From a virus (Duplodnaviria > Caudoviricetes), in the IMG/VR virus record IMGVR_UViG_3300042484_001556, positions 2,123-66,122 of that record: a DNA stretch of 64,000 bases. One strand, 5' to 3'. A model generated the notes under the pieces. The model had not been told where the DNA came from and did not search any database. It worked only from the letters and a program-made list of their open reading frames with translations. The translations under genes were made by a program, and so were the position numbers. Positions 11,310 through 20,453 of this stretch are shown in pieces. Each line of letters opens with the position of its first letter. Within the stretch, counting starts at the first letter, position 1.

Positions 11310-12393
11310 ACTAATATCCGGCAGAGTTGCGAAAGTTCCTAGCTCGAATGTTAGTTCGGATCGTTACCAATTCTTAGATTTATCAGAAGCAGAACCAGAT
11401 TTAGGCCTTCCGCCTGAACGGGCGCATGTACTTACCTCAGATTTAAATGGATATCGAAGTTGGATTCAATTAGATTCCGGTAACGTATTAGAAAGTACTA
11501 ATCAATACTTTACGAATACTAGAGCTAGATCCGTATTCACGGCAGGAAAAGGTATCGCAATAAACGGAGATGGTGTAATTATAAACACCGGATCTTCGTT
11601 TGAATTCAACTTAGGTATAGATGGTTCAGGATATGGCAATGTGTTAAGTACCATGTCTGGTATATTAACAATCCCAAATTCTCCAGTAAACGACAGGCAT
11701 GTATTAAGATCGTTACATATCACAAATATTAGTAATCAAGACGCATTAATATCCGGTAATATTTTATATTCTACGGGCAATACTGCACTGTTTGCGAATA
11801 AGTTACCAGTTCCAGTTGGTGGAGCTGTTGAATTAATGAGAAATGTGCAATTGCTGCAACCAAATGATAAGGTAAATCTTCAAGGATTTGCCTCAGATGG
11901 TACAGCTACATCTAATTTGTTACAATCAATTTATACATATGAAACATTTGCGACGGATTTTTCTTATGTCGGAAACGGAATTACATTAGAAAATTCCAAT
12001 ACAAATATACAAATATATGATTCGGCGCAAGGTTTTAGTATTGTAGAAAGCATTAAGCTTGTAAATTTAGTAAATTCAACTGTTCCTGTTAAAGTATATT
12101 GGGGCGATGCAAATGGAAATCCTAAAGCATATTTAGCACATAATTTACCTATTCCGCCAAATTCTACGGTAGAAATAATAACGGCACCAAAAAGAATTGA
12201 ATTGAGTGATAAATTATATGCAAATTATACAAATGCTGATGCTGGAGCAGTTTCTGCATTTATTTCTGCTAGATTAGGTTCAGTATATTCAATCGCAGCA
12301 TACACACCGTCTGCTTCTTCGTCAAATACGTTCTTAGCTTCATTTACAACTACCGAAAATGACGGTACAGTTATATACTACTCAATAGAATAG
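11302..12393 (+). CDS. Fibre carrier protein, cassette 1
   Basis: C-terminal ~290 aa is paralogous to 14205 and 18713. Ends GTVIYYSIE. Confidence 0.65.
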   Translation: MTKLISGRVAKVPSSNVSSDRYQFLDLSEAEPDLGLPPERAHVLTSDLNGYRSWIQLDSGNVLESTNQYFTNTRARSVFTAGKGIAINGDGVIINTGSSFEFNLGIDGSGYGNVLSTMSGILTIPNSPVNDRHVLRSLHITNISNQDALISGNILYSTGNTALFANKLPVPVGGAVELMRNVQLLQPNDKVNLQGFASDGTATSNLLQSIYTYETFATDFSYVGNGITLENSNTNIQIYDSAQGFSIVESIKLVNLVNSTVPVKVYWGDANGNPKAYLAHNLPIPPNSTVEIITAPKRIELSDKLYANYTNADAGAVSAFISARLGSVYSIAAYTPSASSSNTFLASFTTTENDGTVIYYSIE

Positions 12394-12397
12394 AAAA

Positions 12398-14161
12398 ATG
12401 GCAACTATATTTCCTAAAAACTTTGCATCTAATTCCTTTACTGGATCGGTCGTTGTGCGCAACGGACATGCAAATGTCTTTCTTCCTACCAATCCATACG
12501 CATTAGAAGGAAATAAACAATTCGTAGTTAGATTAAGAAAAAATAGCACCAGTGGATTTATAGTTGCAACAAGTCCGCAAATGACTATTAACGATACAAG
12601 TACAGTTGTCAGTTTATCTGCAAATGTATCTTCTGTTGCAGAGGGCAATCTTGTAAGTTTTACACTTGTTACTGCTAATGCGATGAATGGCGCAGGTATA
12701 TTTTATTCCGCATATCCGGTAACAGCAAATTTAACTATATCCGATTTTTTAGGTGGCAACACTGGCGTTTTTCCTATAGTAAATAACCAAGCAACATTTG
12801 TTCTAAGGGCAAATACGGATGCTGGTCTTGTAGACGAGACCGGAGAAAAGTTTGGTGTTCAAATAAGAACAAATTCTGCAGTAGGCGACATCGTTTATTC
12901 ATCCTCAAATGTAGAAATATTAGATTTTTATAAAACTGTCAATGTAATAAGTTTTGTTGAAAACTATACTGAAATTGCAGAGGGATCGAATGTAACATTT
13001 ACAATTACTGCACATAATGCAAATGCCACAACTTTGTATTATTATACTTCAGGTAATGTGTTACCGTCAAATTTTGTGTCCGGAAATACTGGTTCTTTTA
13101 TAATATCTACAGGGACTCCCGTAGTTGTAAATTTACCAACCACATCAATTATACCAAACAACGTATCCCAATCCTTTCAATTGAATCTTAGTCAAACGGG
13201 TGTTGGAGGAGTAGCTATAGCAACTAGCAATGTTGTATCTATTGTGGATACGGCATTGGCATTTATCAATGCCACCGGCGGAAATGTTACTGTTGCAAAT
13301 GGGTATACCTCCCATAGATTTACCGATTCAAATATATTTAATATTACAAATTTGGGAATTGTTGCAAATCGAACTATTGAATATTTAGCAGTAGCTGGAG
13401 GCGGTGCTGGGGGTGTCGGTAGCACTCCGGAAGCTATGGGCGCAGGCGGCGGTGGCGCCGGCGGCATGCTAACAGGTACGTATACTGCAACTAATACTGG
13501 AATTAGTAACATTATAATTGGCGGCGGTGGTGCCGGCGTGTCAGTTGCATTTCCTGCTACTAAAGGTGATAACGGATCTAATACAACAATTACATCTCCA
13601 TATATTTCTATATTAGCGTTTGGGGGTGGTTCTGCCGGATATGTATATAACCCAGGGGTTGCGAACGGTAATCCTGGTGGATCGGGCGGCGCCGCTGGAC
13701 GAACCTATTTGGCGGCCGGCAGTGTAGGCTCCGGAGTACCAGGGCAAGGTAATCCCGGCGGCTCGTATAGCGACAGCGCAACTGAAGCCGGAGGGGGAGG
13801 AGGTGCCGGGTCAGCTGGAGAATCGGGAAGTCCTTCTCAGGTTCCGTCTGGATCATTTAGTGCCGCTGGTGGTGCAGGCGCAACCACACCATTTACTTCG
13901 GGTGAATATTTTGCAGGTGGCGGTGGCGCCGGTGCTTACCATAGCCCGAATGACGGCGAAAGATATCTAGGTCTTGGAGGTACGGGAGGTGGCGGTAACG
14001 GTGGTGGTTATTTCCCCGGAGATCCCAATGGATCGAATCGCGCTGCTCAAAGTGGAGGAACAAATACTGGCGGCGGAGGTGGCGGAGGTAAAGGTTTCGG
14101 CGGCGTACCTAGCGGAAGCGGTGGCAGCGGTATAGTAATTATTCGGTATCGTACTAGTTAA
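12398..14161 (+). CDS. Calx-beta/Ig-like repeats plus Gly-rich adhesin-like tip, cassette 1
   Basis: Two EGxxVxFT repeats, then EYLAVAGGG...GSGIVIIRY. Confidence 0.7.
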   Translation: MATIFPKNFASNSFTGSVVVRNGHANVFLPTNPYALEGNKQFVVRLRKNSTSGFIVATSPQMTINDTSTVVSLSANVSSVAEGNLVSFTLVTANAMNGAGIFYSAYPVTANLTISDFLGGNTGVFPIVNNQATFVLRANTDAGLVDETGEKFGVQIRTNSAVGDIVYSSSNVEILDFYKTVNVISFVENYTEIAEGSNVTFTITAHNANATTLYYYTSGNVLPSNFVSGNTGSFIISTGTPVVVNLPTTSIIPNNVSQSFQLNLSQTGVGGVAIATSNVVSIVDTALAFINATGGNVTVANGYTSHRFTDSNIFNITNLGIVANRTIEYLAVAGGGAGGVGSTPEAMGAGGGGAGGMLTGTYTATNTGISNIIIGGGGAGVSVAFPATKGDNGSNTTITSPYISILAFGGGSAGYVYNPGVANGNPGGSGGAAGRTYLAAGSVGSGVPGQGNPGGSYSDSATEAGGGGGAGSAGESGSPSQVPSGSFSAAGGAGATTPFTSGEYFAGGGGAGAYHSPNDGERYLGLGGTGGGGNGGGYFPGDPNGSNRAAQSGGTNTGGGGGGGKGFGGVPSGSGGSGIVIIRYRTS

Positions 14162-14167
14162 GTAACA

Positions 14168-14174
14168 ATAAATA
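14168..14174 (+). promoter_or_regulatory. Late promoter core ATAAATA; further copies at 18675, 22115, 26602 and 28624
   Basis: An ATAAATA core lies about 30-60 bp before the first gene of each fibre cassette. Confidence 0.6.
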
Positions 14175-14204
14175 ATAGAGTATAAAATAAAGTAAAGTAT
14201 AAAA

Positions 14205-16847
14205 ATGCCAATAATTAACAAAGGTGTATTTGATATAGATTCAGTTTACCTACGAGAAGTAGGTAACGATTGGCCTACTGCTCAGGTGATAACAACATCT
14301 GATGTAATTGAAACTACAAATCAATATTTTACTAATGCTAGAGCAGTTGTTGCAGTAACGCCATTATTGACTACTGCAAACGTAATCGAAACTGCAGGAA
14401 ATTTATATTTCACAAATGAACGAGTCGCTGCAAACGTAGCCAATTTATCTGTTGGCGCATTATTTGATGTTATCATAAGCGGAAATTTAGAAACAGGTCA
14501 GGCCCTGGTCTATAGTAGTAATGCTAATGCATTTATTCCAATTTTCGTCAATAGCGAGGTTGCAAATGTAGCAGATATTGCAGGTAGAGTACTTTCATTA
14601 GAAAATCAAACTACTGCTAATGTAAGAGAGGCAAGTAGTAATTTATACTTTACAAATACTAGAGTATTAGATGCAATTTCATTGGCAACAATTAATCCTA
14701 GTAATATTAATGTACAGAATATAGTTGTTGATGTAATAACAGCAAATACATGGAATAGATTATATTCATCAAATGTTATAGAATTTAATAATTTATTCTA
14801 TACAAATTCAAGAGTTATATCTGCAGTAACACCAATATTGACAACTGCAAATGTTGTAGAATTGGACAATTTATATTTTACAAATACCAGAGTTATATCT
14901 GCAGTAACACCACTATTGACAACTGCGAATGTTATAGAATTAGAAAACCTATTCTATACAAATTCAAGAGTTATATCTGCAGTAACACCAATATTGACAA
15001 CTGCAAATGTTGTAGAACTTTCAAGCAATTTATATTTTACAAATACTAGAGTATTAGATGCAATTGCATTTGCAGATATTACTAATACAAAAAATTTAAA
15101 TGCTTTAGGAAATATTGTTGCAAGAATAATTTTTGCAGATGCAGTTTACGCAAATACCATTACTTCAACCGGTATCATCTCAACTACTGCAGTATTTGAT
15201 TCTCTTATAGTAAATACAAATACTATATTTTACGGTGACGTAACAACATACGGGGCAAATAATTTATCCATTTCAGATAATATGATTTATCTGAATAATG
15301 AATCTACACAAACTAATCCCGACATGGGTTGGGTCGGCAATTACAATGACGGTAATTATGGGCACGCTGGATTTTTCCGAGATGCGTCGGATGGAATATT
15401 TAAGGTATTTGATAACTATACACTTGAGCCAGATGCAAATATTTTTATTGATACTGCTAATGTATCTTTTAGATTAGCGAATTTACAGGCTACAAATTAT
15501 TTTGGTAACGTAACCGGTTTTGTTACAGGGCAAGTAAGTAGTATAGGTAATCATAATTCAGACGCATTAGCAGAAGGATCAGTAAAACTTTACTATACAA
15601 ATAGTAGAGTAATTTCTGCAGTAACACCATTATTAACGACTGCAAATGTATCAGAGTTAACCAATCTATATTATACAAATGCAAGAGTTCTTGCAAATGT
15701 AGAACAGATGAGTATCAATGTTTTAGCTGATGTTGATATTACAGATGTTTCTGTTAATTCTGTACTTACATGGAATGGAACAAAGTTTGTTCCCGGAGCA
15801 ACAGATGTTGCATTACGAGCAAATTTTGCAAATACTGCAGGATCTGCCAATGTTGCATTACTTGCAGCTGTTGCAAATATTGCACTATTAACAAATTTTG
15901 CGAATGCTGTTTTATCTCTAAGTAACTTTACTACTGCAAATTTAGCAGAAGGCAATAATTTATATTTTACTAACACCAGAGCTAGATCAGCATTTACCGC
16001 AGGTAAAGGTATTGTTATACAAGATAACGGTACCATTAAAAATACAGGTTCTCCTCCAGAATACAATTTAAGTATAAATGGTACGGGTGGAGGAAACGTC
16101 TTAGGCGCAATGTCAACCTTAATTACATTTCCAAATGTGACTAATGACAGATATTTATTATCATCAATACATTTAGTTAATACTTCGAATGATACAGCTT
16201 TAATTTCTGGTAACATTTTATATGCTACAGGTAATACCGCAGTATTTGCAAATAAAATTCCTGTAGGGGAAGGAAGTGTCGTAGAATTTATTAAACGAGG
16301 CCAAATATTTCAACCAAATGATAAAATTAATTTGCAAGGATTTAATTCATCAGGTGTAGCCACCTCGAACTTAATGTCCGTAATGTATACTTATGAAACA
16401 TTTGATACTGATATAAGTTATATTGGACTCGGGCAAACTATTGCAACAAGTAACACGCAAACACAGATATATGATTCATCGCAATCATATAGTATAATTG
16501 AAAGTATAAAATTTGTCAATCTTTCTACGGGAAATACCCCTATTCGATTAGTGTGGGCCGACGCTAACGGTGTACCTAAAGCACATCTTGCATATAATGT
16601 TCAAATACCCGCAAATTCATCTTTAGAAATTTTGCAAAAGCCTAAAAGAATTGAGCAATATGATAAATTGTATGCATCGTATGCAAATGCAGCAAATGCA
16701 ACAATGTCGGTATTCGTATCTGCAAGAATTGGTGCCGCTTATACGATAAGTACTTATACTGCCGCAGCTATCCCAGGAAACACATTGTCACTAGCATTCC
16801 TCACAACCGACAATGAAGGTACATCACTATACTACACAATAGAATAA
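14205..16847 (+). CDS. Fibre carrier protein, cassette 2
   Basis: MPIINKG start, 26-aa repeats (TPxLTTANVxExxNLxxTNxRV) and the conserved C-terminal module ending GTSLYYTIE. Confidence 0.7.
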   Translation: MPIINKGVFDIDSVYLREVGNDWPTAQVITTSDVIETTNQYFTNARAVVAVTPLLTTANVIETAGNLYFTNERVAANVANLSVGALFDVIISGNLETGQALVYSSNANAFIPIFVNSEVANVADIAGRVLSLENQTTANVREASSNLYFTNTRVLDAISLATINPSNINVQNIVVDVITANTWNRLYSSNVIEFNNLFYTNSRVISAVTPILTTANVVELDNLYFTNTRVISAVTPLLTTANVIELENLFYTNSRVISAVTPILTTANVVELSSNLYFTNTRVLDAIAFADITNTKNLNALGNIVARIIFADAVYANTITSTGIISTTAVFDSLIVNTNTIFYGDVTTYGANNLSISDNMIYLNNESTQTNPDMGWVGNYNDGNYGHAGFFRDASDGIFKVFDNYTLEPDANIFIDTANVSFRLANLQATNYFGNVTGFVTGQVSSIGNHNSDALAEGSVKLYYTNSRVISAVTPLLTTANVSELTNLYYTNARVLANVEQMSINVLADVDITDVSVNSVLTWNGTKFVPGATDVALRANFANTAGSANVALLAAVANIALLTNFANAVLSLSNFTTANLAEGNNLYFTNTRARSAFTAGKGIVIQDNGTIKNTGSPPEYNLSINGTGGGNVLGAMSTLITFPNVTNDRYLLSSIHLVNTSNDTALISGNILYATGNTAVFANKIPVGEGSVVEFIKRGQIFQPNDKINLQGFNSSGVATSNLMSVMYTYETFDTDISYIGLGQTIATSNTQTQIYDSSQSYSIIESIKFVNLSTGNTPIRLVWADANGVPKAHLAYNVQIPANSSLEILQKPKRIEQYDKLYASYANAANATMSVFVSARIGAAYTISTYTAAAIPGNTLSLAFLTTDNEGTSLYYTIE
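14794..15017 (+). repeat. 78-bp-period tandem repeat; 68 bp identical at 14794-14861 and 14950-15017
   Basis: tattctatacaaattcaagagttatatctgcagtaacaccaatattgacaactgcaaatgttgtagaa occurs twice, with a diverged copy in between. Confidence 0.85.
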
Positions 16848-16848
16848 T

Positions 16849-18675
16849 ATGCCATTAACTCCAAGTAAATTTGCAACAAATTCCCTTTTTGGCACGACTT
16901 CCGTTCAAAATGGGTTTGCTAATATAATGTTAGATACGATACCCTACGCATTAGAGGGAAACGTAAACTTCGTTGTTAAATTAAGAAAAGGTAGTATTTC
17001 CGGCGACGTCATTGCTACTTCTCCAGTAATAACATTACAGGATTTAAGTTCAGTTATTAGTTTAACGGCAAATACCGCATCCGTATCTGAAGGAAGTATT
17101 GTAAGCTTTACACTTACAACCGCAAATGCTGCAAATAATGCAAACGTATTTTACTCTGTATTGCCGGTTACTGCTAACGTAACCAATTCAGATTTTTATA
17201 CTGCGAACACAGGTACAGTATCTCTTATTAATAATCAAGCAACGATTTCTTTATATGCAAACACCGACGCAGGTTATGTAAATGAAGATGGCGAAACATT
17301 TAAAGTACAAATAAGAACTAATTCTGTAACAGGTGACATTATCTACACATCTGCAAATGTTGCAATTGTAGATTTATATAAATTAGTTACTATAACAGGC
17401 GTTACGCCTAATAATGCATCTATAAATCAAGGTGCAAATATAATATTTACTGTTTCTGCACTAAATTCAAATGGAATAACTTTATTTTATTCCACTTCAG
17501 GTAACGTAAATTCTACAAACTTCATAGGTGGAAATACCGGTTCTTTTGTTGCGAATGCGACAGGCGGGTTAGTTGTATTGCAAAGTAATACCAACATACC
17601 GTTGAATGAGATACGACAGTTTGCCTTACAAGTTAATCAAACAGGATTTGCTCCTGTACCTAGTGCAAATGTTGTAATTTATGGGCCAATTTCATATATT
17701 GAAGCAACAGGTGGTACTGTAACTACTGCGGGCGGATACAGAACACACGCATTTACATCATCTGCGAATTTAGATGTTACCAGTTTAGGTGCAAGTACTA
17801 CTATTGAATATCTTATTGTTGCTGGTGGCGGTGGTGGAGGCGGTGGTGGTACTTCGAATATTCCGCCGTACTCAGGTGGTGGCCCCTACGGCGGTGGTGG
17901 CGGAGGCGGTGCTGGTGGCACATTTATTGGTAATGTTACGGTAGGGTTAGGCGGAACGGTTATTGTAGTTGGGGGCGGTGGCGCAGCGACATCACCAAAA
18001 AATAGAGCAGGATTTAATGGTACCGATACAACCATCGCGGTATTTGGGGGATCTACAATACTTGCATATGGTGGAGGTGGCGGTAGTGGTGTTCCAACAC
18101 CAGGCCCCATACCCGGCGCAGCATCTCCGGGGGGGTCGGGCGGTGGTACTGCACCAGATGCGGTGGCCGGCGCGGGAGGAGGAACTCCTGGGCAAGGATA
18201 CCCGGGAGCAGGTGGTATAAGTTGCGGCATAGCAGATAACTTAGGTGGCGGGGGCGGTGGTGCTGCGGAATCAGGAGTTAGTACAGATGGACCAAGTAAT
18301 AGTCCTGGTACTGCGACCCGCGGAGGAGATGGTATAGGTGTACCTTGGGTTCCGGGATCATATGGTACCCCTGGGCCTACACCAGGCGCAAGATATTTTG
18401 GTGGTGGCGGCGGTGGCGGTAATTCTCCTGTGGCGATGGCATATGACGTGCGCGGCGGTCATGGCGGTGGTGGAGCTGGCGGAAATTATTATTCACCCCC
18501 ATCCGGTGCATATGCAATAGGTAGGAATACTGGTGGTCGTGACGGGGGAGGATATGCAGATGGCAATACCGGCGGTGGCGGTGGAGGAAATGGTTCCGCG
18601 GGTGCATCAACCGGCACCGGCCAAGGTGGTCCTGGAGGTTCGGGTATTGTGATTATTCGTTACCCATACATATAA
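16849..18675 (+). CDS. Calx-beta/Ig-like repeats plus Gly-rich adhesin-like tip, cassette 2
   Basis: Paralog of 12398 and 20454. YRTHAFT...EYLIVAGGG...GSGIVIIRYP. Confidence 0.7.
   Translation: MPLTPSKFATNSLFGTTSVQNGFANIMLDTIPYALEGNVNFVVKLRKGSISGDVIATSPVITLQDLSSVISLTANTASVSEGSIVSFTLTTANAANNANVFYSVLPVTANVTNSDFYTANTGTVSLINNQATISLYANTDAGYVNEDGETFKVQIRTNSVTGDIIYTSANVAIVDLYKLVTITGVTPNNASINQGANIIFTVSALNSNGITLFYSTSGNVNSTNFIGGNTGSFVANATGGLVVLQSNTNIPLNEIRQFALQVNQTGFAPVPSANVVIYGPISYIEATGGTVTTAGGYRTHAFTSSANLDVTSLGASTTIEYLIVAGGGGGGGGGTSNIPPYSGGGPYGGGGGGGAGGTFIGNVTVGLGGTVIVVGGGGAATSPKNRAGFNGTDTTIAVFGGSTILAYGGGGGSGVPTPGPIPGAASPGGSGGGTAPDAVAGAGGGTPGQGYPGAGGISCGIADNLGGGGGGAAESGVSTDGPSNSPGTATRGGDGIGVPWVPGSYGTPGPTPGARYFGGGGGGGNSPVAMAYDVRGGHGGGGAGGNYYSPPSGAYAIGRNTGGRDGGGYADGNTGGGGGGNGSAGASTGTGQGGPGGSGIVIIRYPYI
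17251..17326 (+). repeat. 76-bp exact repeat, second copy at 20859-20934
   Basis: ttatatgcaaacaccgacgcaggttatgtaaatgaagatggcgaaacatttaaagtacaaataagaactaattctg is present in both tip genes. Confidence 0.9.
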
Positions 18676-18733
18676 TAAATAATAAAATGTTAAAACAAAG
18701 TAAAGTATAAAAATGCCAATAATTAACAAAGGT
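18672..18733 (+). repeat. 62-bp exact cassette-boundary repeat, second copy at 22112-22173, partial copy at about 14189-14232
   Basis: ataataaataataaaatgttaaaacaaagtaaagtataaaaatgccaataattaacaaaggt contains the stop codon, late promoter core and MPIINKG start. Confidence 0.9.
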
Positions 18734-20449
18734 GTATTTGACACAGGTGATGCATTCTATGGAGTTGACATCTCAGCTACTGATGCTGACACTACATTTG
18801 CATACTCAACCATTGGCGATAAATTTTTACTCAATAAGACGATTGACGTAGTTAAAGGCGATGTTAGAGCATCCGGCAATTTAATTGCAAATGGTTTAAT
18901 AATTAGAAACATATCCGTTTCTGATCAAGTTCTGTCGGGACAAATTATATCTGCAAACATATTAGCAGATAGTGTAACCGCAAATATTTGGAATAGATTA
19001 TACACATCAAATGTTGTAGAAAATACAAATCAATACTTTACTAATGTTCGTGTACTACAAGCAGTAACACCCGTATTAACCACTGCAAATGTTGTAGAAA
19101 ATACAAATCAATACTTTACCAATACTAGAGTATTAAGTGCCCTTGTAGGCGCAAATGTATCTGTAAATAATCTAATTGTATCCGGTGATCTTGAAGTTCA
19201 AGGTAATACAGTTACATTAAATACAGCAACACTAACAATTGAAGATAAGAATATTGTACTTGCCAACGGCGCGCCAAACTCGGCTGCTGCGGATGGAGCG
19301 GGTATTACAATTAATGGTGCTGACGCTACGTTTACATACGCAAATACTGGCGATAAATTTGTAGTTAATAAAACATTAGATGTAGTTGTAGGCGATGTTA
19401 TATCATCCGGCAATTTAATTGCAAATGGTTTAGTAATTAGAAATATAACGGTATCGGATCAAATCCTTACGGGGCAAGTTACTTCTGCAAACATACTAGC
19501 AGATATAGTAACTGCAAATATTTGGAATGGCCTTTATACATCAAATGTTGTAGAAAATACTAGTTTATATTTTTCAAATTCTCGAGCCAGAGCAGCGTTT
19601 ACCGCAGGTAAAGGTATTGTTATTCGAGGCGACGGTACTATACAAAATACTGGCGGCGCAGTAAATTATAACTTAGATATTGATGGTACGACAAGTGGTA
19701 ATATTTTAAGTACAATGTCTGCGATGTTGGCATTTCCGTCGATCCCTTCCACTGATAGATTTTTACTTCGTTCTATACACGTAGTAAATATATCAAATGC
19801 GCCAGCATTAGTTTCGGGTAATATTTTATATGCCACAGGTAATACGGCATTTTTTGGAAATCAAATACCAGTAATGGAAGGCGGCGTTCTTGAGTTTATG
19901 GACAAACCGCAGATATTTCAACCTGGCGATGTAATTAATTTACAGGGATTTGACAATTCAGGTACAGCAACATCGAATATATTAAGTGCAATGTTTACTT
20001 ATGAAACATATTCGACCGATCCATCGTTTGTTGGATTAGGTCAAACATTGACGACCAATGCTACAAATTACCAAATATATAATTCGGAACAATCCTCAAG
20101 TATAATTGAGAGCATTAAATTTGTTAATTTAGCTACAACGACTAATACAGCAAAATTATATTGGGCAGATGCAAATGGTATATTAAGAACTCATTTGGCA
20201 CATAATTTACCAGTACCTCCTAATTCTTCGGTTGAGGTATTAGTTCAACCCAAACGTATAAATTTTAAAGATACGTTATACGCAAGTATTCGAGATAATA
20301 CGAATATGTCGGTATTCGTATCTGCAAGATTGTCAGCAACATATACGATATCGGAAAATACAGGTAATGTTGCACCTGGCGGAACAGTTTCGACGGTATT
20401 TGTTACTACCGATACTGAAGGAACCACTTTGTACTACACAATAGAATAG
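18713..20449 (+). CDS. Fibre carrier protein, cassette 3
   Basis: MPIINKG start, an internal duplication of DKFxxNKTxDVVxGDV...NIWN, and a C-terminus ending GTTLYYTIE. Confidence 0.7.
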   Translation: MPIINKGVFDTGDAFYGVDISATDADTTFAYSTIGDKFLLNKTIDVVKGDVRASGNLIANGLIIRNISVSDQVLSGQIISANILADSVTANIWNRLYTSNVVENTNQYFTNVRVLQAVTPVLTTANVVENTNQYFTNTRVLSALVGANVSVNNLIVSGDLEVQGNTVTLNTATLTIEDKNIVLANGAPNSAAADGAGITINGADATFTYANTGDKFVVNKTLDVVVGDVISSGNLIANGLVIRNITVSDQILTGQVTSANILADIVTANIWNGLYTSNVVENTSLYFSNSRARAAFTAGKGIVIRGDGTIQNTGGAVNYNLDIDGTTSGNILSTMSAMLAFPSIPSTDRFLLRSIHVVNISNAPALVSGNILYATGNTAFFGNQIPVMEGGVLEFMDKPQIFQPGDVINLQGFDNSGTATSNILSAMFTYETYSTDPSFVGLGQTLTTNATNYQIYNSEQSSSIIESIKFVNLATTTNTAKLYWADANGILRTHLAHNLPVPPNSSVEVLVQPKRINFKDTLYASIRDNTNMSVFVSARLSATYTISENTGNVAPGGTVSTVFVTTDTEGTTLYYTIE

Positions 20450-20453
20450 AAAA

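Noticed and set aside
12388-12420. TAG recoding or read-through fusing carrier and tip genes
   Set aside because: The downstream genes are in the +1 frame, in-frame read-through hits TAA within a few codons, cassette 2 uses TAA, and TAG ends intact genes such as nrdA.
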